IMG/VR virus record: IMGVR_UViG_3300017963_000029
Coordinates: 1-64,000 of that record
Reading direction: 5' to 3' (one strand)
Source: a virus
DNA: 64,000 bases
The notes below the pieces were generated by a model. That model was not told the DNA's origin, made no database searches, and was given only the letters and a program-made list of their open reading frames with translations. This document shows positions 36,641 through 44,310 of this stretch, piece after piece. Position 1 is the stretch's first letter. The number at the start of each line of letters is the position of its first letter. The translations under genes were made by a program, and so were the position numbers.

Positions 36641-36838
36641 ATGGAGGACAAGAAGATAAAAGTTGTACCGAGAACAAAGTGCTGGGACTGTGACGGCACA
36701 GGAGCGAAGCCCTCGCGGACGTGCGCGTTCAGGAGCATGACGTGCTCGACGTGTGGCGGTTCCGGCTATCTCGAAGAGGAAGTAGAAGGGTCTCGTCACC
36801 AGGCGAAACCCATCAATTTCGGAGATCGAGGAAGATAA
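36641..36838 (+). CDS. DnaJ-type zinc-finger microprotein
   Basis: CWDCDGTG...CSTCGGSG (two CxxCxGxG motifs). Confidence 0.6.
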   Translation: MEDKKIKVVPRTKCWDCDGTGAKPSRTCAFRSMTCSTCGGSGYLEEEVEGSRHQAKPINFGDRGR

Positions 36839-36889
36839 AAACAAGAACAACAAATAACAACGAGAACGATAACAACAGGAGACAACGAG

Positions 36890-37372
36890 ATGTCATTATT
36901 CGATGGAATTGAAGATGCACAGGTAAGTAAGACCGGGCAGTGGTTCGAGGAGGGGGTCTACAAGGTCAAGGTCAAGCAGGTGAAGCTGCAGGCCTCACAG
37001 GTGGGAGCCGCCAAGCAGTGGTTCATCGTCGAGACCGAGGTCCTCGAGAGCAGCTGTCCCACGATCACGCCGGGGATGGAGAGGTCCCAGCTGATCGACA
37101 TGGGGGGCCCGATGGCGCTGCCCAACATCAAGGCGTTCGTCGCCGCCGCCTCCGGGGTCGACCCCAACTCCGCCACCGTCACTGAGGAGGTGGAGGCCTA
37201 CTGGCAGAAGGTCATAGGGGAGTACACGCCGCTGAAGCTGTTGGTGGAGCAGATCGTCTCCGACGCCAACCCGTTCGAGGGTTTCGTGATGGATCTGGAG
37301 TGCAAGATCATCACCACCAAGACCGAGAAGAAGCCCTTCACCAAGCATTTCTGGCAGCCGCGCAAGGTCTAG
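36890..37372 (+). CDS. Putative single-stranded DNA-binding (OB-fold-like) protein
   Basis: Lies between helicase and PolA; FEEGVYKVKV...FIVETEVL pattern; strong RBS and downstream hairpin. Confidence 0.55.
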   Translation: MSLFDGIEDAQVSKTGQWFEEGVYKVKVKQVKLQASQVGAAKQWFIVETEVLESSCPTITPGMERSQLIDMGGPMALPNIKAFVAAASGVDPNSATVTEEVEAYWQKVIGEYTPLKLLVEQIVSDANPFEGFVMDLECKIITTKTEKKPFTKHFWQPRKV

Positions 37373-37383
37373 ACGGCGAGGGA

Positions 37384-37421
37384 CGGAGGACCGCCGGCCT
37401 GGCGGTTTCGGCGGTCCTCCG
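37384..37421 (+). terminator. Strong hairpin after the SSB-like gene
   Basis: CGGAGGACCGCCG...CGGCGGTCCTCCG 13-bp stem; no U-tract, so it may be an mRNA stabiliser or processing site. Confidence 0.5.
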
Positions 37422-37431
37422 AGGCTCCCCG

Positions 37432-38028
37432 ATGAGCACAATCGACCGAATAGAGACGTTCTGGGAGAAGGCCTGCTCCCGGTACCCGAGAATTCCGGAG
37501 GAGATGGGGCTCAGCGCGTCTCCTTTCTTCCGCTTGAATCTCTGGGTGGGCAAGGAGCTACCGGACTTCAAGGGGCTGACGTTCGAGCAGTTCCTGGGGG
37601 GAGAGTACGAGGTTCTGGACAACCACCCTGGTCCGCTGACGCACTTCGGCGTGGCCGGCATCATAATGGAAACCTCAGAAGGTTTTGGGGACTGTGTGGT
37701 GGGCCGGGCGCTGTACTCCTTGGACTTGAAAGAGCACCTCGACATCATGCAGCAGTTTGGGGTGGGGTGGGTTGCTCTCCAGCAGAAGTACAGGAACGAC
37801 AACGAAGTAACGATGAAACCGGTCGGTTGCGACCGCATCGGGGGGTTGTGGGTCCATCCTGAGCACCGGCGTCAGGGGCTGGGAACTTTCATGGAAGTAA
37901 AGCGGTGGATGAATACGCCACACGCGACTCTCTACATGAAATACGCTTTTCTGCAGCAGCATTCGAGGTCCGGGTACGAGCTTCAAAAGAGAGTCTATGA
38001 AGAACTGCTCCGGAAGAGGCTTTTCTGA
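37432..38028 (+). CDS. GNAT-like acetyltransferase
   Basis: Acetyl-CoA motif A: LWVHPEHRRQGLG. Confidence 0.7.
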   Translation: MSTIDRIETFWEKACSRYPRIPEEMGLSASPFFRLNLWVGKELPDFKGLTFEQFLGGEYEVLDNHPGPLTHFGVAGIIMETSEGFGDCVVGRALYSLDLKEHLDIMQQFGVGWVALQQKYRNDNEVTMKPVGCDRIGGLWVHPEHRRQGLGTFMEVKRWMNTPHATLYMKYAFLQQHSRSGYELQKRVYEELLRKRLF

Positions 38029-38264
38029 TGTCAGAGAAAAAACTTTCAGAGTACGAGGAGCTAAAAAGTCTCGATCCTAAGTTTCTGGAGATGTTGGATA
38101 AAGCTTTAAGAGTGACTCAAGAATGGGAGTTTCTCGATGATAGTCGTTATCGGATATACGACGGAGTAGCGCAGGGAGCAGATGAGCTAGCAGATGCTCT
38201 CAGATGTTGGCAGGCACATGGCTGTCCTATAAAAAATAAGAAACCCCTAGTGAAGCGTAAATAA
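38028..38264 (+). CDS. Hypothetical protein
   Basis: Coupled TGATG/TAATG with its neighbours. Confidence 0.5.
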   Translation: MSEKKLSEYEELKSLDPKFLEMLDKALRVTQEWEFLDDSRYRIYDGVAQGADELADALRCWQAHGCPIKNKKPLVKRK

Positions 38265-40393
38265 TGGCCTCCCCTATCGCATTCGACTGTGAGACGTTTT
38301 TGATTCGTCCAGGGCTACTGGCGCCTCCGATGGTCTGCCTGACGTCGGCCATGCCGCCCGGGAATGTCCGGTTGTTTCACGCGAAACCGGAGATGATGCC
38401 CAACGGGTGCCTGCAGAAAGACGTGGACCGGGGGTCGTCAGGCTCAAGCAGCGCCCGCGGTCACTTCGAGTGGATCCTGGAGCAGGACCCCATCTACGGC
38501 CTGAACATCGCCTTCGACATGACCGTGTGCCTAAACGAGTGGCCGGATCTCTTCCCCAAGGTGTTCAAGGCCTACGACGAGAATCGCGTCGTCGACATCG
38601 CGCTCTGTCAGCAGCTTATCGACAATGCCCGCGGGGCCATGACCTTTTTCAAGCAGCAACAGAAGCCCTACGGCTACAGTCTGGCCGGCATCGCCAAGCG
38701 TATTTTGAAGAAGGACCGGAGCGAGGAGAAAGAGAATCCGGACGCCTGGCGTCTCCGATATGGAGAGTTGATAGACGTGCCACTTCCTGAGTGGCCCGAG
38801 GCGGCGACCAAATACGCGATGGACGACAGCGAGGACACGCTCGAGATAGCCAACTACCAATGGCTTCATCACCGCGAGTTGATGAAGGACGCGCCGGCCC
38901 AGGCGCGGGCGGCCTTCGCGTTGCAGCTGTTGATGTGCTGGGGCGTCCGCACGGATCCAGAGCGGATAGCGATGCTCAAGGCCGCGGCAGAGGAGAAGTA
39001 CTACGATATCACCCGCAGGCTCGTCGAGAACGGCCTCGTGAGGGGAGATGATGCGCCACCCAGGCAGCGGGGCACCAGAAACACGCGCGCAGCACAGAGG
39101 AGAATGCTCCAGATCCGGCGCGATAACGACTTGCCTCTCACGCTCACCAAGACCGGGTACAAGAAGTACAAGGAGCGCACAGGAAAGAAGAAAATCGCTG
39201 TCGACATCGTGTTCACCGAGGAGGAGCTCGTCAAATACATGGCGGTGGACGAGGATGCCTGCAACGAGAGCGGCGACGACCTGCTGCACGACTACACCAT
39301 GCGGGTACAGCTGCACAATATCCTCCATACGCACGTCCCCGACCTGCTGAAGGGGGTTCACCAGCCGATCCAGCCGTCCTACTTCACGATGGTGGAGTCG
39401 GGGAGGACCTCGTGCGCGAAGAGCCGCTCGGAGGACAAGAAAAAGCCGTCACCGACCAACGGCTTCCAGTTCCAGAACCCCAAGCGGGCGCTTTCCTACT
39501 TTCCGACCGGCGTGGGCATCCGGGAGTGTTTCATCGCGCGGCCAGGGAGGTTCTTGTGTGATGCGGATTTCACGGGGCTCGAGCTTTGTAGTGGGGCCCA
39601 GACCTGTATCAGCACGGTGGGGTACTCCCGGATGGCGGAGGCCTTGAACGCCGGCAGGGACGTGCATCTGCAGTTTGGCGGCAGGTTGATGGGCATCAGC
39701 TACGAGGAGGCGCTCGAGCGCCGCCACGATCCTGAGGTAAAGGCGTTCCGGCAGAGGGCGAAGCCGCTTAACTTCGGAGCGCCAGGCGGCCTTGGCGTGT
39801 TTGGACTCATCGGCCTCGCCCGCGGTTATGGTGTCAAGTTCACGCCGGCAGAGGCCAAGAGCATTCTCAACGAGTGGTTCGAGGAGTTCCCGGAGTGGCA
39901 GGACTACTTCAAATACGTCCGCGACCACATCGACCGGGTGAGCGGCAAGGGGCAGATAGCGCAGCTGTTTGTCAGTCGTGTGCGTGGGGGCATCACTTTC
40001 ACCTCCGGGTGCAACACGTTGTTCCAGGGGCTCGGCGCCGACGGCGCAAAAGCCGCGTGTTACGCCGTGGCCAAGCGTTGTTACATGAAGGTGCCTGGTT
40101 CAGTTCTGTATGGCGCGCGGCCTCTGGGGTTCGTTCACGACGAGATACTTTCTGAAGTGTTCCGAGAAATTGCACACGAGCAGGCCATGGAAAAAGCCAA
40201 GGTGATGGAGGAGGCCTGCAACAAGTTCTTGCCGGATGTTCCGGTGAAGTGTGAGCCCTCCCTGGCCGAGAGATGGTCCAAGGACATCGAGTCCGTTTAC
40301 GACCGGGATGGCAGACTGCAACCTTACGACCTCGCCAAGGAAGGCCGGTGGGAGGTCTATTACGGCGACGGCGAGCCGGTGGAGTGGAAATGA
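38264..40393 (+). CDS. DNA polymerase, family A, with 3'-5' exonuclease
   Basis: Exo motifs AFDCET, NIAFD and YAMDD; SGRTS; motif A DADFTGLEL; motif B RQRAKPLNFG; motif C FVHDEI. Confidence 0.95.
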   Translation: MASPIAFDCETFLIRPGLLAPPMVCLTSAMPPGNVRLFHAKPEMMPNGCLQKDVDRGSSGSSSARGHFEWILEQDPIYGLNIAFDMTVCLNEWPDLFPKVFKAYDENRVVDIALCQQLIDNARGAMTFFKQQQKPYGYSLAGIAKRILKKDRSEEKENPDAWRLRYGELIDVPLPEWPEAATKYAMDDSEDTLEIANYQWLHHRELMKDAPAQARAAFALQLLMCWGVRTDPERIAMLKAAAEEKYYDITRRLVENGLVRGDDAPPRQRGTRNTRAAQRRMLQIRRDNDLPLTLTKTGYKKYKERTGKKKIAVDIVFTEEELVKYMAVDEDACNESGDDLLHDYTMRVQLHNILHTHVPDLLKGVHQPIQPSYFTMVESGRTSCAKSRSEDKKKPSPTNGFQFQNPKRALSYFPTGVGIRECFIARPGRFLCDADFTGLELCSGAQTCISTVGYSRMAEALNAGRDVHLQFGGRLMGISYEEALERRHDPEVKAFRQRAKPLNFGAPGGLGVFGLIGLARGYGVKFTPAEAKSILNEWFEEFPEWQDYFKYVRDHIDRVSGKGQIAQLFVSRVRGGITFTSGCNTLFQGLGADGAKAACYAVAKRCYMKVPGSVLYGARPLGFVHDEILSEVFREIAHEQAMEKAKVMEEACNKFLPDVPVKCEPSLAERWSKDIESVYDRDGRLQPYDLAKEGRWEVYYGDGEPVEWK

Positions 40394-40917
40394 AAGAAAT
40401 ACTTGAAGCCGCAAGAGAGCAGATCGCAGAAATGTTGGAGGGAGATCTGTACGCGAAAAACTTCAGCGATGCCATTCGTGTGGCCAAGTTGGCGGAGGAG
40501 ATAGCTGCTAACGAAGGCAGATCCGAGTTGGTAAGAGTAAAGCACAAGGCTCTAGCTGAGAGCGAGTTTTTCGCGCCTATCCTTTACGAAGCCATCTTGG
40601 CCGATTTGGCCACCGGCAACGACATGTTGAAAGATAAGTATGATCGACTTCAACGGGCACACGCGGATTTAGAACGAAAGCATCTGATGGTCGACGCCGC
40701 CGGCAATCGGTTGAACGCCGAGAGAAAGGCTTTGGACGCCGAGAGGACCGTCATTCACGAAGAGAGGCTGGCCATGAGGAAGGTACACGCCGCTCTCGCG
40801 ATCGAGAACAAAAGCGGTGTAGATCTTCCGGCGCTGCCTCCAATACCGGAGTTACCGCCGGATCCGCTGGACGAGGAAGAAGAGGAAGACAATGGCAACG
40901 AGACAGGAAGAGATTGA
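40390..40917 (+). CDS. Coiled-coil hypothetical protein
   Basis: ATGA overlap with the PolA stop; heptad-like pattern. Confidence 0.55.
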   Translation: MKEILEAAREQIAEMLEGDLYAKNFSDAIRVAKLAEEIAANEGRSELVRVKHKALAESEFFAPILYEAILADLATGNDMLKDKYDRLQRAHADLERKHLMVDAAGNRLNAERKALDAERTVIHEERLAMRKVHAALAIENKSGVDLPALPPIPELPPDPLDEEEEEDNGNETGRD

Positions 40918-41128
40918 GTCGGGGTGTTTGTCCAGAGTGTACGAGGACGAGCCCGTGTTCGTTATCAGGGCCGCGGACAAGTGCGCCCCTTACATGGTGA
41001 CTGTGTGGGGTCTTTTTGCGCAGTTGATGGGCGCTGATCCCGAAAAAATAGTGGGGTCCATGAAGGCGATGGTTCGTATGCAGAAGTGGCAGAAGGACAA
41101 TCCCGACAAGGTGAAGGTACCGGACTGA
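40892..41128 (+). CDS. Conserved small phage protein
   Basis: DEPVFVIRAADKCAP...W...K.PD pattern. Confidence 0.6.
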   Translation: MATRQEEIESGCLSRVYEDEPVFVIRAADKCAPYMVTVWGLFAQLMGADPEKIVGSMKAMVRMQKWQKDNPDKVKVPD

Positions 41129-41790
41129 TGAACAAGATCTTCTGTATAGGACACTTCAAGACCGGGACCACGAGCTACTCGATGGCCATGCGGATGCTCG
41201 GTTTCCGGGACATCCACTTCCCCCTCAAGTACGCGGAGCGCCTGCAGGAGACAGGGGACGTGTACTGGGATGACCGGGAGTGGGACTCCATGAGCAACAT
41301 CAACGAGGTCGAGTACGACCGGTGTGACCGGGTGTATCCGGACAGCAAGTTCGTGTTGACGACCCGGGTTGTTGATAGTTGGTTGGTTTCTATCCAGAAA
41401 CACATGGCGACGAAGTGGCCCCCGCGGCTCAAGAAGTTGTTGGATTGGCGCTCGGAGGTCGTCTTCGGGGTTCCCTGCGAGTTGGAGGCGTTTGACGAGG
41501 AGCATTTTCGAAAAAGATATATCGAGCACTATGAAGGTGTGCTCGATTATTTCAGAGGGCGAGAGGAGCAGCTGCTCGTGCTTTTCCTCGAGTCCAATAT
41601 GAAGATGGAATCGCTCGCCACCTTCCTGGGCAAGGGGATTCCCTACCCCCGGATGAACGTTTCACCTGGTCCGGTCGCCGGCATGGAGTGCCCGGGGATC
41701 CCGACGTTGGTCGCCGGGGGCTTGAAACGGACGGTTGATTACGACGAAAAGACCGTGTTCCTGCAGTTCGAGGAACCGGTGAAGTGGTGA
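41128..41790 (+). CDS. Sulfotransferase-like P-loop protein
   Basis: KIFCIGHFKTGTTS...LG; YPDSKFVLTTR..DSW..S; YFRGREEQLL. Confidence 0.8.
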   Translation: MNKIFCIGHFKTGTTSYSMAMRMLGFRDIHFPLKYAERLQETGDVYWDDREWDSMSNINEVEYDRCDRVYPDSKFVLTTRVVDSWLVSIQKHMATKWPPRLKKLLDWRSEVVFGVPCELEAFDEEHFRKRYIEHYEGVLDYFRGREEQLLVLFLESNMKMESLATFLGKGIPYPRMNVSPGPVAGMECPGIPTLVAGGLKRTVDYDEKTVFLQFEEPVKW

Positions 41791-41791
41791 T

Positions 41792-42907
41792 ATGCGCGAC
41801 GTAGACCGAAATGCCCGGTTGGTGCTGACTTACGGTGGGATGTCCTGGCTGGCGGGAAACGTGAATTCTTCGGTTAGTCGGAAGGATCTGTTTCTCGTAA
41901 TGCGCAAAGACGTAGGAAAAACCGCTTTCAAAAAGGCGCTTAAAAACACCAGATGGCAGAAGGAGTGCGTGGCGCGAATGGTGGAGGCCGGTCTTCTTCG
42001 GGAGATTAAAAAAGGCAGTCAGGTGTTCTACAAGGTACACAACGAGCAGCTTCTGAAAGATGCTGTTGCCGATAGTGACAATAACGGGGGGATGGCTCTC
42101 GCCAGGTATCTGTTTCCTCACGAGGTTGGCGTGGATGAGGAGGACATCCCCGACGAGCTTCGGGAGATGTTGCAGGAAGAAGGGGTATCACAAGGCGTTC
42201 TCGTCCCAGAAAGCCGCGAAGAAGCTCCGAAGTCGTTGGCAGAGAAGATGCGAGCGGCGAGTGCAAAAGGCGACTCGTTATTTGATGGGATAAAGGAAGT
42301 AGACGTGAGGGGTCCTTCTTTTACCGGAGAGGAACTGACGGAACCCACGATTCAGAAAGGCATAGCCAAAAACGAAGAATTAATAGATATGCTCCGGCGT
42401 TTTCAAGGGTACGTCGAACACATAAGCGGTACGTTCGATACCATCAACAGCAATCTGACTCTCGCAGAGCAGCGGTTCAGCAGTGTAGATACTAGGTTGA
42501 AAGCACTGGGCAAGACCCTGGACCGGCATGTCAGCGTCACTGAAAACGCGGTGAAAGAGGAGGCAGAGAACCGTCGTAAGGACGCGACAGAGCTTCTGGA
42601 GATGTTCACCATTATCGGGGAGAACCAGGTACGGGGGACGAAGCTCGTGGGAGTATTGAACGAGAACGTCAAGAAGCTGACAGAGGGAACGTCGAAGGAG
42701 AGCGAGGTGACGGCCAAAGTTGTGCAGGCCATCCACGCAGAACTGAAGTCGGTGGCCGACTCGTACAGGGCTCTGGTCGAATCACAAACAGGCGAGGGGC
42801 GTATGAAGGAAGCGATGGATCTCATCAAACGCGGCCTCCGGGATTTTGAGGAAGGACAGTCGCTGCTCCTCGAGCAGCAGGCAGAACAGGGCGGTGATGG
42901 CGAGTGA
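41792..42907 (+). CDS. wHTH-like N-terminus plus coiled-coil protein
   Basis: MVEAGLLREIKKGSQVFY (wing-like); long heptad region. Confidence 0.55.
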   Translation: MRDVDRNARLVLTYGGMSWLAGNVNSSVSRKDLFLVMRKDVGKTAFKKALKNTRWQKECVARMVEAGLLREIKKGSQVFYKVHNEQLLKDAVADSDNNGGMALARYLFPHEVGVDEEDIPDELREMLQEEGVSQGVLVPESREEAPKSLAEKMRAASAKGDSLFDGIKEVDVRGPSFTGEELTEPTIQKGIAKNEELIDMLRRFQGYVEHISGTFDTINSNLTLAEQRFSSVDTRLKALGKTLDRHVSVTENAVKEEAENRRKDATELLEMFTIIGENQVRGTKLVGVLNENVKKLTEGTSKESEVTAKVVQAIHAELKSVADSYRALVESQTGEGRMKEAMDLIKRGLRDFEEGQSLLLEQQAEQGGDGE

Positions 42908-43811
42908 AATAAGACTACGGCGGTTGATGGACCGGTACCGCGAGCTCGTGGAGAGAAACGCGCCCAGCATAGATCTGGCGAGGCTCGAGAAGGAGATCTG
43001 GGCCATCGTCAAGGTGAATCGCGACGTGGCGCTTCGGCGCCGGATATGGTTCGCAGAGGTGTTTGGAGGGAACACCGTCTATTACGAGAACCGGTGGCAC
43101 ATCTTCAGAAAGAAGTGGGCCCGCCCGCTTTTCGACGAGGTGGACAGCAAGAGGATGACCTGGAAGAGCGCCATCACCGCCTATCGGCGCTCCAACTTCC
43201 TCGCGCGCCGGCACGGCATGAAACCCGGCAAGGTTCTCAAGCGCGTGATGGAGCAGTACGACGGGACCACCAAATCCGTCGAGAATGCTGTTGTCGACGG
43301 CGAGGTGGTGCTTGATGTCAGCGACGGGCGCGAGTCGCTCAATCTGTTGGCCAAGGAGTTACGGGCCAAGGTAAAGCATGCCGCGGAGGTGTACGTGGCA
43401 GCGGCGCTCGACAAGATGGGCGTCGAGGACGACCAGCATCAGAAGATAATAGAGGACTTCGTTATCAGCATGGACCAGGTGGTCAACGAGTTACTGATGA
43501 CCATCCGCGTCTGCAGGAAGAACGCCAAGGAAGAGGGGCTCGCGAAGATAGGCCTTCGGTCGTTCGATTGGGCGTGCGAGGTCCTGGGTATTCAGGCTTC
43601 TTTTGGTGAGGAGGTGGATCTCAAGCTCGTCGGTAAAGTGGTTCGCCGGCGAGCGAGAGATCTGCACCCTGACCGTAATAAAACCCCGCAAGCGAAACAG
43701 GAGTATGACAACGTAAACCGTGCCCACGAGATACTGCTGGCGTACTCCCGGTTTCGCAGGAAAGGCAATGGAAATGGTATCACGCAGAAAGAAAATACGC
43801 AGTCTCCTTGA
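42897..43811 (+). CDS. Protein with C-terminal J-domain
   Basis: ACEVLGI...RRRARDLHPDRN...YDNVNRAHEIL (HPD motif). Confidence 0.8.
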   Translation: MASEIRLRRLMDRYRELVERNAPSIDLARLEKEIWAIVKVNRDVALRRRIWFAEVFGGNTVYYENRWHIFRKKWARPLFDEVDSKRMTWKSAITAYRRSNFLARRHGMKPGKVLKRVMEQYDGTTKSVENAVVDGEVVLDVSDGRESLNLLAKELRAKVKHAAEVYVAAALDKMGVEDDQHQKIIEDFVISMDQVVNELLMTIRVCRKNAKEEGLAKIGLRSFDWACEVLGIQASFGEEVDLKLVGKVVRRRARDLHPDRNKTPQAKQEYDNVNRAHEILLAYSRFRRKGNGNGITQKENTQSP

Positions 43812-44310
43812 TTACAAACCCGACCCGAAAGTGAAGGACGAGGGCATGCAGGCGGCGATGTTCATGGTGTGGGCGGCGGAGGAGCTTCCCTACCGCTACA
43901 TCCCGATGCCCATCATCGTCCGGATGGCCCGGGGCATGAATCGCACGCCCCGGCACGACAGCCCGGAGGTGGAGCTGTTCAAGAACAACCGCTTCCAGCG
44001 GGTCAAGCGCATCCTCCTCGAGCAGTATCGGCGCGAGAATGACTGGGGCCCCGGGATGGGATATCGGGCCACGGTCGACAGCGCGGACACTCTCAGGACG
44101 GCTTGGAAGAAGAGGCTCCGGGATATCCTGGCCGCCTTCAAAAGGGCCAAGGCCACCGGAGAGACCATCAACGAGAATCAGTTGACCAAGAAGGACCGGG
44201 AGTACTTCCTGTCTACCCGTGGGGCGGTCAAGAAGATGGACGGGCCCTCGTTGGGCGGGAAGTTGTTGCCGCGTGACGCCGAAGAGGATGGTAAGAAAAA
44301 GACGGAGTGA
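43768..44310 (+). CDS. Basic hypothetical protein
   Basis: AGGA upstream of the ATG; GC3-rich codons. Confidence 0.6.
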   Translation: MEMVSRRKKIRSLLDYKPDPKVKDEGMQAAMFMVWAAEELPYRYIPMPIIVRMARGMNRTPRHDSPEVELFKNNRFQRVKRILLEQYRRENDWGPGMGYRATVDSADTLRTAWKKRLRDILAAFKRAKATGETINENQLTKKDREYFLSTRGAVKKMDGPSLGGKLLPRDAEEDGKKKTE

